Shown: positions 1 to 11,430, counted from the first letter of the stretch. The stretch is DNA of 64,000 nt from Phaeosaccion multiseriatum (GCA_965112735.1 CBCOSG010000001.1:62001-126000), one strand, 5' to 3'. The notes: generated by a model not told the origin, from the letters alone. Translations and numbers: made by a program.

Positions 1-448
1 CTTTCATATACGAATCAAAAGAAAGACTTTCTTGATCTGCTCTCTGATTATAATCAGAGCATTCGTAACTCCAATACCACTGATGGCCAATAGCTTTTAC
101 GCTTAAACTAGGATCTAAGACCTCTTCTAAGGAATACAAAAGAGCAAAAGAAGGCAATCCGATAAAAATTAGAATTACTGCCGGAAACAAAGTCCAAATA
201 ATTTCTAAATTGGTAGAGTGAGACCAAGGCCCATCTTTGCCTATTTCCAATTTAGTTTTTGAAAAGTCCATTTCAAAACTGCAAGGATAAGAAAAGTTTG
301 TCGCGATAATTTGACCCTGGTAATGATCAAAAGAGCGATATAACATCCACAGAACTAAAGTACCCACTAGAATAAGATAAAACATGGTCAGATTGTGAAA
401 ATTAATCATTCCTTCCATGATTGGGGTGACCGGGTCTTGAAAAGTCAT
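1..448 (-). CDS. cox2: cytochrome c oxidase subunit 2, 5' part (runs off the window edge)
   Basis: Manual translation: MTFQDPVTPIMEGMINFH...LEIIWTLFPAVILIFIGLPSFALLY...KAIGHQWYWSYE. Confidence 0.95.
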   Translation of the reverse strand, partial: MTFQDPVTPIMEGMINFHNLTMFYLILVGTLVLWMLYRSFDHYQGQIIATNFSYPCSFEMDFSKTKLEIGKDGPWSHSTNLEIIWTLFPAVILIFIGLPSFALLYSLEEVLDPSLSVKAIGHQWYWSYECSDYNQRADQESLSFDSYMK

Positions 449-520
449 AGAGCAAAAAAACTTTAAAACACTTGTACAAAATAAAAATGTGTCGGTCTTA
501 AACTATTTAATACAAAGGAC

Positions 521-886
521 TTATTTAGTACCAGTTTTTAATTTTGTATCTTTGTTGCAAAGACAGAACTGAAACTTAAATTGTACTTGATCATCAAAAG
601 AAGTTTGTAACCAATTTAGATAACGTAGTATTGGATAAAGCTTCATGTGTGAAAAATATAAACAAGCCTTGTAAGTACGGCGTTCGTAAGTATTTCGAGA
701 CTTGGAATGCACATGGGAAGAGCGTAGCAAAGTCCAAGTTTTTTTTTGATAAGGGGTATTTTCTATTCTGTAGGTATGCCGTGCTGGAATTTCTTGTAAA
801 ACTAAAGCAAGAAGTCCTTTAGAATAGGTTCTAATGTTTATTTTTACGCTCGCAAGAGAAGTTGAATGGGGTGTAGCTAATTTCAT
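521..886 (-). CDS. rps10: ribosomal protein S10
   Basis: TLLRSSHVHSKSRNTYERRTYK matches the uS10 motif TVLRSPHVxKKSREQFE. Confidence 0.85.
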   Translation of the reverse strand: MKLATPHSTSLASVKINIRTYSKGLLALVLQEIPARHTYRIENTPYQKKTWTLLRSSHVHSKSRNTYERRTYKACLYFSHMKLYPILRYLNWLQTSFDDQVQFKFQFCLCNKDTKLKTGTK

Positions 887-944
887 ATATATATTTTGGT
901 TTTTATACTAAATCCCAGAAAATCAGGAAAGGGGATGTTGTAAT

Positions 945-1015
945 CAAAGGTAGAATCTAGATTTACGACTTTTGGATCATGAGCCTAACAAGCTGACCAA
1001 GTGTTTTAGTCCACC
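945..1015 (-). pseudogene. trnM: degenerate tRNA(CAU)
   Basis: Anticodon arm TTAGG-CTCATGA-TCCAA resembles the intact copy at 31909; T-arm and acceptor stem are destroyed. Confidence 0.75.
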
Positions 1016-1046
1016 AGTATATGAAAAAACTACGTGAATTTTAGAT

Positions 1047-1409
1047 TTAAAAAACTTCACAAATCAAACTACCTCCACTGCCTAAGCTTCGCGCAGTAGA
1101 CTCACTTATAATTCCATAAGGCGTACTTAAGATAACTAAGGAGGTTTGGCTACGTCGTGTCCATCGGTGGCAAGAAGTGGGGCGAGAGGAAAAAAAGATA
1201 GAGCCGATTACACTTCTGCCTTGTACGTACTTTAGTAAAATTTTGACTCGAGAACAGGTTTCTTGAGTATAACCCCGCAAAAATCCGTATTGCCACAGTA
1301 CGTCTAGGACTCGAAGACCGGCTTTAGTGGGTACGCAAACAACGCTAGATTTTTTATTTCGATAAGATTGATCTAAAATCTGTAGCATGGGTTGAATTCC
1401 TGCTTTCAT
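1047..1409 (-). CDS. rps8: ribosomal protein S8
   Basis: VLDVLWQYGFLRGY, ILLKY, ILSTPYGI...GGSLICEVF (uS8 pattern). Confidence 0.93.
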   Translation of the reverse strand: MKAGIQPMLQILDQSYRNKKSSVVCVPTKAGLRVLDVLWQYGFLRGYTQETCSRVKILLKYVQGRSVIGSIFFSSRPTSCHRWTRRSQTSLVILSTPYGIISESTARSLGSGGSLICEVF

Positions 1410-1430
1410 AAGGGTTTAGTAAACAAAATT

Positions 1431-2042
1431 TTAAGACAAAATAGAATTCTTAAAACTTCGACTCAGTTGTTCGCACAAAAACTGATTGGCTTGAACATCC
1501 TCTTTGGACCGTCCAAGACTTAAAAGAATTGCTCCCATCATACTTACAAGTAGCAACATTCCTGTAACTAACAAGTCCTCTATGTGATCCGTATATAAGC
1601 TAAGCCCTATATTTTGAGGACTCGTTATAGAATCTCCCTTTAGATAAGTGGAAAATATTTGAGTATACCAAACTTCTTCTAAACTCCAAAGAAAATCTCC
1701 TACTAAAAGTCCAAGTCCTAGAAGGCCTAAAATTAACAGAGTATTGGATGGATTGCTTTCATACTTAGACACTTTTAAATCAAGCATCATAACTACAAAT
1801 AGAAATAAAATAGAGATCGCCCCTACATAGACAATAAGACTAACGTAGGTAAGAAAGTCTGCATGAAAAAGTAAGCACAAACCTCCTACATTAAGAAACA
1901 CTCCAATTAACAGCAGTACAGCATATACCGGATTTTTCCCACTTACTAGGAAGTACGCCGAATTTAGGGCATTGAAAGAAAAGCCTAGTATCATAAGACT
2001 AGACCACATTTGAGTTCCTCCTAATATCCAGGATAATTTCAT
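1431..2042 (-). CDS. nad6: NADH dehydrogenase subunit 6
   Basis: KNPVYAVLLLI...LIVYVGAISILFLFVVMMLD. Confidence 0.96.
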   Translation of the reverse strand: MKLSWILGGTQMWSSLMILGFSFNALNSAYFLVSGKNPVYAVLLLIGVFLNVGGLCLLFHADFLTYVSLIVYVGAISILFLFVVMMLDLKVSKYESNPSNTLLILGLLGLGLLVGDFLWSLEEVWYTQIFSTYLKGDSITSPQNIGLSLYTDHIEDLLVTGMLLLVSMMGAILLSLGRSKEDVQANQFLCEQLSRSFKNSILS

Positions 2043-2140
2043 TGTTGGACAAGTACCACTTAATAAGATTTAGTTTAATAAGAAGCTAAGTACAAATTGT
2101 GAAACCTGATCTTTGACCTACTTGTCAAAAAGAAAAAACT

Positions 2141-2223
2141 TACCAAAGAAGGGACTCGAACCCTTATTCTTTAAAAGAACCGGAACCTAAACCCGGCGTG
2201 TCTACCAATTTCACCACTTTGGC
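2141..2223 (-). tRNA. trnL: tRNA-Leu(UAG)
   Basis: Cloverleaf with long variable arm, anticodon loop TT-TAG-GT. Confidence 0.93.
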
Positions 2224-2236
2224 TTTGCAAGTTTAC

Positions 2237-2989
2237 TTAATGAGCTTCATTTAAGACATCTCCTAAATAAATACAAGTTAAGATCGTAAAAACGTAAGTC
2301 TGAATCAGACTTACTCCCAATTCTAGTCCCATAAGTGCTACAAGCACAAATAAAGGAATGAAATGAGCCACAAACAAAGCTTTTCCTTTCCCCAACATAG
2401 CCCAAGCAAAACCAGCAATTACCTTTAACAAGGTGTGTCCTGCCATCATATTGGCAAATAGCCGTACTCCCAGACTAATAGGCTTAAAAATGTAAGAAAC
2501 AATTTCTATAGGCACCAAAAGCAAGCTTAAGCCTAAACTGGTTCCTCCGGGTAAAAATAAAGAAAACATTTCGCTCCCTTTTTTTAAAATCCCAATGATA
2601 TTGATTCCAATGAATAGAGTTAAGCTTAAATTTAGAGTAACGATAAGATGGCTGGTCATGGTAAAGCTATAAGGCACCAAACCAATAAGATTGGTGATTA
2701 AGATAAAGCAAAATAAGCTGAAGAGAAGTGGAAAATACACCTGGCCATTTTTTCCTAGTGTGTCTTGAATTAATTCTCCGATCATGACGTAAAATGTGTC
2801 TAACACATTATTCCAGGCAGTAGGAATAAGACTTTGTCTCCCTCTCAACACACAATTCAACATGAAAAAAAAACTTCCTAAACCAATGCTAAGAATACAA
2901 AGCGGTTTAGTAAGGGTTAAAGAAAAGCCTGCAAAGGAAAAACTAAAACAGGGAAGAATAGCGAACTGCTCTAACGGACTGTATACCAT
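2237..2989 (-). CDS. atp6: ATP synthase F0 subunit a
   Basis: SPLEQF, PISLGVRLFANMMAGHTLLK. Confidence 0.98.
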   Translation of the reverse strand: MVYSPLEQFAILPCFSFSFAGFSLTLTKPLCILSIGLGSFFFMLNCVLRGRQSLIPTAWNNVLDTFYVMIGELIQDTLGKNGQVYFPLLFSLFCFILITNLIGLVPYSFTMTSHLIVTLNLSLTLFIGINIIGILKKGSEMFSLFLPGGTSLGLSLLLVPIEIVSYIFKPISLGVRLFANMMAGHTLLKVIAGFAWAMLGKGKALFVAHFIPLFVLVALMGLELGVSLIQTYVFTILTCIYLGDVLNEAH

Positions 2990-3165
2990 GGGTCATAAAA
3001 AATACGCACTTTTATTTAGGCCTATATCTGTGTTGGAAAAATTTTAGTCTCTGCCTATAGAAAATAGGAGGGAAAAGTTTTCGGCTTCTTTTTAATGGAC
3101 CAGCCTATTTTGGATACTATCTCTTCTTTTCAGGAGCGCCTTTGATGCAAAATAGCATCTAAATT

Positions 3166-3238
3166 AGGGTCTAAGTAGACTTGAACTACTGACCTTACCC
3201 TTATCAGGGGTACGCTCTACCACCTGAGCTATAGACCC
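3166..3238 (-). tRNA. trnI: tRNA-Ile(GAU)
   Basis: Cloverleaf, CT-GAT-AA. Confidence 0.95.
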
Positions 3239-3318
3239 AGTTCTTGTGAAAGGCGAGTTTTTTATCTTTTCTAATGAAAAAAATAAAGCTTGTAGTTCAT
3301 AAAGAGCTAAACTTAGGT

Positions 3319-3390
3319 CGAGAAAGAAAGGACTTGAACCTTTAACCTTTGGCTTTGGAGACCAATACTCTACCATTGAGTTACCCTCTC
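3319..3390 (-). tRNA. trnW: tRNA-Trp(CCA)
   Basis: Cloverleaf, CT-CCA-AA. Confidence 0.93.
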
Positions 3391-3462
3391 AAAGACTTAA
3401 ATTTATTTATGAAAAGGACCTTCGGGGTTCTAAACTCAGGTTTAAAACCGATAGAACTCCAG

Positions 3463-5397
3463 CTAAGATTCCTTCCCAACCCCACATGGGTAAAAAAATC
3501 CCCATACACAACCTCCAAGAATAAGCAAACCTGCATGATACACTAAACCTGACTGATTTTGCTGAAGTTCGGTACTTAGGTGCTGGGTAAATTGAGCTAT
3601 TCCCTTAGGTCCGAGAATTTGAAACAATCCCCGGTCCAAAGCTTTATAAGTCAACTTATAAGCCCACTCCATTCCGCCTTGGCTCAGACTTTGATTATAA
3701 AGCTTGTCAAAGAACCATTTTCGGTTTAGAAAGGTATAGACGAAAATGTTTTTCATCTTCTGCTTATAGAGCATTGGACTGCAGTAAGCGTACAAATAAA
3801 AAGACAGACCAAAGCCGCTGAGGCTAAGGATTACCGGGAGAAGTTTGGGAAAAATGGGTAAAAATTCCCCGTCAATAACCGAGTAATTTTGAGGAAGATA
3901 AAATAGAGCATTACCAAAGAAGTCACTACCAATTCCAATTACACAATCCTTTGCGACAAAGCCTAGGAAAAGACTTGGAATAGCTAAAACTCCTAAAGGA
4001 AGGCTCATTTTCCAACCGGGCTCATGAGCTCCCATAAGAACTACTTTGGACCCCATAGGCTCTGCCAAAAAAGTTAAAAAAAGCAAGCGCATTGAGTAAA
4101 AAGCCGTACAAAAAGCGGCTCCACAGCCCAGTATGTAAGCAAAATATCCTTGAGCGTCACATCTGGCGTAAGCTACTTCTAAGATAACATCTTTAGAATA
4201 GAAACCCGTCAGATAAGGAAAACCCATTAGGGACAGTGACCCGATCAACATCATGGCGTAAGTGAAAGGCAGAAGGCGCCGAAGACCTCCCATCTTTCGC
4301 ATATCCTGCTCATTATTAATACCATGAATAACGGAACCAGCCCCTAAAAAAAGTAAAGCTTTAAAAAAGCCGTGATTAACCAAATGAAAAACGCCTACTC
4401 CGTAATTAGAAAGACCGCAAGCAAAAATCATATAGCCTAACTGGCTACAGGTGGAGTAAGCAATCACCCTCTTCATGTCATTTTGCACTAGAGCAGTGGT
4501 GGCGGCAAAAAAACTGGTGCTCGCTCCTGCAAAACTTATTAAACTTAAGGCTTGAGGAGCGTACTCTAATAAGCCAGAGCACCTGCTTAAAAGAAAAACT
4601 CCCGCCGTTACCATAGTAGCGGCGTGAATTAAGGCGGACACCGGAGTAGGTCCCTCCATGGCATCGGGCAACCAGGTATGGAGGCCTAATTGAGCCGATT
4701 TTCCCATAGCTCCTATAAAGAGAAGGACACCAATAAGATTGGTCTTTTGCACAGAAAATCCTAAAAACAAGGCAGTCTCTTCCCATTGGTAAGGTACGCT
4801 AGCAAAAAAGCTCGTATACTCCATTGTTTGAAAGTATAAGAAAGTTGCAAAGATTCCTAATCCTAAACCTAAGTCTCCAATGCGGTTAAGAACCATAGCT
4901 TTTATGGCGGCTTTATTAGCCTGAATTCTGGTATACCAGAAGTTGATTAGAAGATAAGAACAAAGCCCTACCCCCTCCCAACCCACGAACATCTGTAAGA
5001 AATTGTCTCCGGTAATTAAGATTACCATAAAAAAGGTAAACAGACTAAGATAGGCCATAAAACGAGAGAGATGAGGGTCGTTTTCCATATACTCTGTAGA
5101 ATACAAATGTACCAAGAAAGATACAAAACTTACCAATACTACCATAAGACAACTAAGGCTGTCAAAAGTTACGCACCAGTTGGCATGGAAAAGATCCGTG
5201 TGTACCCAAGATGCAACTTGAAGCACCAAAGGACTTCCTCCCATACCAACTTCATAAAAACATAATAAACTGAGAGCCATACTACCTCCCATGCAGACAG
5301 TGGTAATCCAGGAAGCACCTTTACCTCCTATAAAGTTTCCCAAACTTGAGCTGCTTAAGAAACCGAACCAAGGAAGACCGACTATATTTAGATACAC
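3463..5397 (-). CDS. nad5: NADH dehydrogenase subunit 5; probable GTG start at 5397 (the longer ORF-track start overlaps trnS)
   Basis: FVGWEGVGLCSYLLINFW, GKSAQLGLHTWLPDAMEGPTPVSALIHAATMV; (M)YLNIVGLP resembles the usual N-terminus. Confidence 0.97.
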   Translation of the reverse strand: MYLNIVGLPWFGFLSSSSLGNFIGGKGASWITTVCMGGSMALSLLCFYEVGMGGSPLVLQVASWVHTDLFHANWCVTFDSLSCLMVVLVSFVSFLVHLYSTEYMENDPHLSRFMAYLSLFTFFMVILITGDNFLQMFVGWEGVGLCSYLLINFWYTRIQANKAAIKAMVLNRIGDLGLGLGIFATFLYFQTMEYTSFFASVPYQWEETALFLGFSVQKTNLIGVLLFIGAMGKSAQLGLHTWLPDAMEGPTPVSALIHAATMVTAGVFLLSRCSGLLEYAPQALSLISFAGASTSFFAATTALVQNDMKRVIAYSTCSQLGYMIFACGLSNYGVGVFHLVNHGFFKALLFLGAGSVIHGINNEQDMRKMGGLRRLLPFTYAMMLIGSLSLMGFPYLTGFYSKDVILEVAYARCDAQGYFAYILGCGAAFCTAFYSMRLLFLTFLAEPMGSKVVLMGAHEPGWKMSLPLGVLAIPSLFLGFVAKDCVIGIGSDFFGNALFYLPQNYSVIDGEFLPIFPKLLPVILSLSGFGLSFYLYAYCSPMLYKQKMKNIFVYTFLNRKWFFDKLYNQSLSQGGMEWAYKLTYKALDRGLFQILGPKGIAQFTQHLSTELQQNQSGLVYHAGLLILGGCVWGFFYPCGVGKES

Positions 5398-5419
5398 GAC
5401 TAAAGATTTTTCCTTAATT

Positions 5420-5502
5420 AGGATAAGGTGGGATTCGAACCCACGGTACCTCGGTACTTCAGCTTTCAAAACTGACATCTTCAACCCCTCGATCACTTAT
5501 CC
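5420..5502 (-). tRNA. trnS: tRNA-Ser(UGA)
   Basis: Long variable arm, TT-TGA-AA. Confidence 0.93.
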
Positions 5503-5504
5503 AG

Positions 5505-5579
5505 GGCGAAGAACGGGACTTGAACCCGCGACATTCAGAACCACAAACTGATACTCTAACCAACTGAGCTATCCTCGCC
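5505..5579 (-). tRNA. trnH: tRNA-His(GUG) with encoded G-1
   Basis: TT-GTG-GT; G-1:C73 pair. Confidence 0.93.
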
Positions 5580-5582
5580 TTA

Positions 5583-5654
5583 TGGAGATAGAGGGATTCG
5601 AACCCACAGCCTTATGCTTGCAAAGCATACTGTCTACCATTGACATATACCCCC
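5583..5654 (-). tRNA. trnA: tRNA-Ala(UGC)
   Basis: TT-TGC-AA; G3:U70. Confidence 0.94.
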
Positions 5655-5656
5655 TT

Positions 5657-5728
5657 CGAGAAAGACGGGATTTGAACCCGCGACTTTCGGCGTGACAGGC
5701 TGACACTCTACCACTGAGTTACTTCCTC
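5657..5728 (-). tRNA. trnD: tRNA-Asp(GUC)
   Basis: CT-GTC-AC. Confidence 0.94.
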
Positions 5729-5740
5729 GATTTTTGAGCT

Positions 5741-5812
5741 TACCCTCTATGAGAATTGAACTCATATCTTCATCGTGAAAGGATGACGTCCTAACCATTA
5801 GACGAAGAGGGC
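5741..5812 (-). tRNA. trnE: tRNA-Glu(UUC)
   Basis: CT-TTC-AC. Confidence 0.94.
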
Positions 5813-5813
5813 T

Positions 5814-5885
5814 TGTCCAAAGATGGATTTGAACCACCGACACAAGGATTTTCAGTCCTATGCTCTACCCCTGAGCTATTTAGAC
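5814..5885 (-). tRNA. trnF: tRNA-Phe(GAA)
   Basis: CT-GAA-AA. Confidence 0.94.
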
Positions 5886-5886
5886 T

Positions 5887-5959
5887 TAGCGGAGAAGGGA
5901 TTTGAACCCCTGATCTGTGGATTATGAGTCCAATATTCTCACCCCTGAACTACTCCGCT
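5887..5959 (-). tRNA. trnM: tRNA with CAU anticodon (Met, or lysidine-Ile)
   Basis: AGCGGAG acceptor stem, CT-CAT-AA. Confidence 0.88.
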
Positions 5960-5962
5960 TTA

Positions 5963-6051
5963 TGAAGAGGATGGGATTCGAACCCATGATATAAAAATAT
6001 CTACATATTGATTTAGCAAACCAACGCTTTCAGCCCCTCAGCCACCTCTTC
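5963..6051 (-). tRNA. trnS: tRNA-Ser(GCU)
   Basis: Long variable arm, TT-GCT-AA. Confidence 0.93.
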
Positions 6052-6056
6052 TGGAA

Positions 6057-6128
6057 TGAGTAATGACGGATTCGAACCGCCAACCTCTTAGGTGTAAGCT
6101 AAGCAGTCTACCATTGACATAATCACTC
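6057..6128 (-). tRNA. trnV: tRNA-Val(UAC)
   Basis: CT-TAC-AC. Confidence 0.93.
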
Positions 6129-6143
6129 TTGATTTGATATATT

Positions 6144-6215
6144 TAGCGAAAAAGGGATTTGAACCCTTGGCCTTCGGATTATGAGTCCAACATTCTACCC
6201 CTGAACTATCTCGCC
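6144..6215 (-). tRNA. trnM: tRNA with CAU anticodon (Met, or lysidine-Ile); paralog of 5887-5959
   Basis: CT-CAT-AA; D and anticodon arms nearly identical to the 5887 copy. Confidence 0.85.
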
Positions 6216-6227
6216 TTCAAAATAGAA

Positions 6228-7682
6228 CTATGCAGAAAACCAGTAAGTGGTCAACTTATAGGTAGCTAGCAAGCCTAAATTTGGCCGGAGGAAGAAAAAG
6301 ACCAAAAGACTAAGACTGAGACTGAACACCCAAGCCTCCGCCTGATTTACATCTAAACAGCAAGATCGACTCTTTACTGCAAAACGGTTTTGGGTATCCA
6401 GAACCAAAAGTTTAATCATTCGTAAGTAGTAAAAGGCACTGGCAAGAGAAACAAAAACCAAACAAAGTGCGAAAATTACCATTTGTTGGTCGACTACTGC
6501 CTTTAGAACTAAAAATTTGGCAAAAAATCCTGCAAAAGGTGGAATGCCTGCTAAAGAAAACCATACTAGACTCAATCCTAAACCGAACAAGGGTTTTCCG
6601 AGACTAAGATCTACCATAGAAGATAGATCAAGTTGACGGTTTTCTTTTCGACTTCCCCACAGCATAAGACCTCCCCACATTAAAAGACTGCTTAGGATGT
6701 AAACTCCTAAATAAAATAGGCAGACGTAAGCGTTCTGTAATTCTAAACCTCCAAGAATACCTAAAAAAAGATAACCCCCATGCCCAATGCCACTAAATAC
6801 TAGCAAGCGTTTTAGGGACTTTTGCTTGTATCCACCAAAACCGCCAATGATGACGGACATTAAGGCGACCCAAGTTAAGAGAATGCCCCATTCGAAGCTC
6901 ATAGAATAAAAACTGGCGTAAAGTAGCTTAATAAGAAAAAGAAGAACTCCAAATTTTGGGACCGTAACGAAAAAAAGACTTACGCTTGCCGGACTTCCTT
7001 CATATACGTCCAAAGCCCACATATGAAAAGGAGCTACTCCTAATTTGAACAGGAGACCAAACAATACAAAATATAACCCCATTTGGCTAAAATTGGAAGC
7101 CCCAGCACTCAGACTCTGACCCAAATCTGCAAAGCACAAACTGCCAGCGGATCCATATAAGATACAGATTCCTAGAGCCAATAATCCAGAAGCAATTCCT
7201 CCCAAGATAAAATATTTTAAACCCGCTTCTGTGGAAAACACAGATTTTCGTCGAAAGCTTGCTAAAGCGTATAAACTCAAGCTCTGTAACTCAATTCCCA
7301 AGTAGAAGCTCAGGAAGTTTTCGGAAACAAGGATTAGGCACAGACCTAAGCAAGCAAGCAAACACAATAAATTGTATTCAAAAGCATGTATTTGACGTGC
7401 GTGTAGGTAAGTAGGAGCTAAAATGAAACATAGTGCACAGCAAAGAATTAAACCCATTTTAAGTAGGGATAAAGACTCTAAATCTACACTCGGACATAAG
7501 CTGTCTCCATGATTAAAACTAAGTTTTGCAGCCCAAGCCAAAACCAGTATACTTAAGTGTCGAAATTCCCACACCAGAGTATGAGAGGAACAAAGACCAC
7601 CACTAATTAATTGGTGACACCCGTAAATACTTAGGTACAGGACACAATTAGCCAAATAAATCTCAGTTATCCAAAAATGCAT
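6228..7682 (-). CDS. nad2: NADH dehydrogenase subunit 2
   Basis: IELQSLSLY, STEAGLKYFILG, FKLGVAPFHMW, SLAGIPPFAGFFAK. Confidence 0.97.
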   Translation of the reverse strand: MHFWITEIYLANCVLYLSIYGCHQLISGGLCSSHTLVWEFRHLSILVLAWAAKLSFNHGDSLCPSVDLESLSLLKMGLILCCALCFILAPTYLHARQIHAFEYNLLCLLACLGLCLILVSENFLSFYLGIELQSLSLYALASFRRKSVFSTEAGLKYFILGGIASGLLALGICILYGSAGSLCFADLGQSLSAGASNFSQMGLYFVLFGLLFKLGVAPFHMWALDVYEGSPASVSLFFVTVPKFGVLLFLIKLLYASFYSMSFEWGILLTWVALMSVIIGGFGGYKQKSLKRLLVFSGIGHGGYLFLGILGGLELQNAYVCLFYLGVYILSSLLMWGGLMLWGSRKENRQLDLSSMVDLSLGKPLFGLGLSLVWFSLAGIPPFAGFFAKFLVLKAVVDQQMVIFALCLVFVSLASAFYYLRMIKLLVLDTQNRFAVKSRSCCLDVNQAEAWVFSLSLSLLVFFFLRPNLGLLATYKLTTYWFSA

Positions 7683-7723
7683 AGAGTTTTTCTACCTGTT
7701 TTATCTACTGAAGAACTTCTTAA

Positions 7724-9262
<1,539 letters not shown>

Positions 9263-9314
9263 ATTTTTGGTCTAGGTCGTGCTAATAAAAAATGAATTTT
9301 TTAATATCCGGGAC

Positions 9315-10109
9315 TCAGGAACCCCACCAGTATACACAGACAAATAGAAATAACCACACTACATCTACAAAATGCCAATACCAACTGGCAGCTTCAAAAC
9401 CTAAGTGATGCTGGCGGCTAAAATGCCCCATGGCAAAGCGGAACAGGCAGATTGTAAGAAAAATACTCCCTATAATAACATGGAATCCATGGAAGCCTGT
9501 GCTTAAATAAAATACAGATCCAAAAATTCCATCGGACATAGCAAAGCCTAAATTCATATACTCAAAGGCTTGCAAGGCCGTAAAGATTACAGCCAATCCG
9601 ATACATGTACTTAATCCCCATAAGGCTGATCTTTGGCCTCCAAGAAGAAGACTATGGTGAGACCAAGTTAAAAAAAAACCAGAGGTTAAAAGAATAGCTG
9701 TGTTTAGCAAGGGTACCCCCCAAGGATTTATAACTTCTACACCTACAGGAGGCCAAACCCCGCCGATCTCCACTACTGGAGATAAACTCGAATGAAAGAA
9801 AGCCCAAAAAAAGGCTACGAAAAACATAAGCTCAGAAACAATAAAGAGTACAACACCCATTCGCAGATTTGCTTGAACTGCGGTGGTATGTCGGCCTTCT
9901 AAGCTTCCTTCCCGAACTACGTCTCCCCACCAAGCAAACACACAAAGAAGAAGGCTAAGAACTCCCACTTCAATTAAAAACCATCCACTTTCATACTGGT
10001 GCATGTACATTACCAGCCCAAAAGTCAAATTTAGGCTTCCAAAGGCTGTGGTTAGCGGCCAGGGACTCGGGTCAACTAAATGGAAAGGATGTCGATGATT
10101 TTGTATCAT
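9315..10109 (-). CDS. cox3: cytochrome c oxidase subunit 3 (TGA stop)
   Basis: HPFHLVDPSPWP, TGFHGFHV, WYWHFVDVVWLFLF. Confidence 0.99.
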   Translation of the reverse strand: MIQNHRHPFHLVDPSPWPLTTAFGSLNLTFGLVMYMHQYESGWFLIEVGVLSLLLCVFAWWGDVVREGSLEGRHTTAVQANLRMGVVLFIVSELMFFVAFFWAFFHSSLSPVVEIGGVWPPVGVEVINPWGVPLLNTAILLTSGFFLTWSHHSLLLGGQRSALWGLSTCIGLAVIFTALQAFEYMNLGFAMSDGIFGSVFYLSTGFHGFHVIIGSIFLTICLFRFAMGHFSRQHHLGFEAASWYWHFVDVVWLFLFVCVYWWGS

Positions 10110-10234
10110 AGATTAAAAAACAGGTAAAAAAGTTTACATAGAATAAAATAAGTTTTAAACTTATAAAAAAATTGTATACAATTTTCAATACAAACTTATT
10201 AGGTTTTTGGCTATTTTCTTCGAAAGTTTTAGGT

Positions 10235-10642
10235 CTAAAGATCACGTCGACGCCTCTTACGGCGAATTTGCTTTTTAGTTCGGCAACCATTATGAGGATA
10301 ATTAGTTTTTTCCCAGCCCACCTCAAAGGTTTTAGTCTTTTTTCCTTTTCGCAAAAGTTGTAACACTTTCTTACGACTTTTATTAAAACCCTCTACATGA
10401 AGACGTAGTTTACAAACCTTTCTTTGTTGTAAGATTTGTAAAAAATGTTTGGTATGTATTTCACTGGCATATGAAGTCCTTCGGGTAGCTTTGGTAAAGC
10501 CTACACATCCATTGGAGGTGGCACAAACAAGAGATTTTGATTTGTTATAAAAGGTGAATAGAGTATTACGACGACCTAAGCTGAGGTGAAGGATACCTGC
10601 TTCAGTAAAGATTTTTGTAGGAGTTTGCATCAAAAGGCTCAA
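10235..10642 (-). CDS. rps11: ribosomal protein S11
   Basis: RNTLFT, SNGCVGF, PHNGCR. Confidence 0.92.
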   Translation of the reverse strand: MSLLMQTPTKIFTEAGILHLSLGRRNTLFTFYNKSKSLVCATSNGCVGFTKATRRTSYASEIHTKHFLQILQQRKVCKLRLHVEGFNKSRKKVLQLLRKGKKTKTFEVGWEKTNYPHNGCRTKKQIRRKRRRRDL

Positions 10643-10995
10643 GTCTTCGATTTATGACTTTTTGCTGTTCTAGCGTTGGCGTGAGTTCTTTGACCTCGTG
10701 TTGGCAGAGACTGCCCGTGACGTATTCCTCTATAGCAACGAATTTCTTTTAAACTTGTAAGTTTCTCAAATCTTTGCTGACGTAAAAAACTATTAGTTTT
10801 CCAAAATACAATCTTCATCATATGTTGAAGTTTGGTTTGATGTAGCGGACTAAGAAAAGTGCAAAAGGTAGTAGGCTTCATACCTAAATATTTACCTATT
10901 AAGTCCGCTCTAAATTTTCCCAAACCGTAAACCTGAGTGAGAGCCTGGCGAAAATTGAGAGAAGGTTCGGCGTAGATTCCCCATAGGTAAAGCAT
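10639..10995 (-). CDS. rps13: ribosomal protein S13
   Basis: ALTQVYGLG, CYRGIRHGQSLPTRGQRTHANARTA. Confidence 0.96.
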   Translation of the reverse strand: MLYLWGIYAEPSLNFRQALTQVYGLGKFRADLIGKYLGMKPTTFCTFLSPLHQTKLQHMMKIVFWKTNSFLRQQRFEKLTSLKEIRCYRGIRHGQSLPTRGQRTHANARTAKSHKSKT

Positions 10996-11016
10996 AAAGA
11001 ATTAATTTTTACTATT

Positions 11017-11427
11017 TTGACTTTGTCTTTGTATAAAAGTTCTATGTATTCTACCAAATTTCTTAAACCCCACAAGCCTAAACTTCCTTCTCTTTCTATC
11101 TTTCGAGGGCAAAAAGGAAGATTTGCACTACAATCTTTAAGCACGGGAACAATTAGTACCAGACAGATGGAAGCTTGCAGACAAAATATAAATCGGCGCT
11201 TGAGACGTAAAGGGCAAATTGTGATTCATGGTTTCGCCGATCGTGGGCGAAGCCAAAAACCTTGTGAAGTTCGTATGGGTAAGGGTAAAGGAAAAATAGA
11301 TCATTATGAAATGATGGTGTCTCCCGGAAAACTTATCCTTGAAATTGTGGGAATTTCTGAAAATTTAAGCCGGTATGCTCTTCAAGGAGGAGCTACTAAG
11401 CTTGGGGTTGCCACCAAAATTGTTTAA
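11017..11427 (+). CDS. rpl16: ribosomal protein L16 (ATG at 11044 is an alternative start)
   Basis: RQMEACR, KPCEVRMGKGKG. Confidence 0.96.
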   Translation: MTLSLYKSSMYSTKFLKPHKPKLPSLSIFRGQKGRFALQSLSTGTISTRQMEACRQNINRRLRRKGQIVIHGFADRGRSQKPCEVRMGKGKGKIDHYEMMVSPGKLILEIVGISENLSRYALQGGATKLGVATKIV

Positions 11428-11430
11428 TCC

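Noticed and set aside
5398-5496. 33-aa N-terminal extension of Nad5 in the ORF track
   Set aside because: It overlaps trnS(UGA); the GTG at 5397 gives a canonical N-terminus.
10168-10185. 18-nt palindrome AAAATTGTATACAATTTT between rps11 and cox3
   Set aside because: Single copy per arm and almost pure AT; may be a processing signal but cannot be distinguished from chance.
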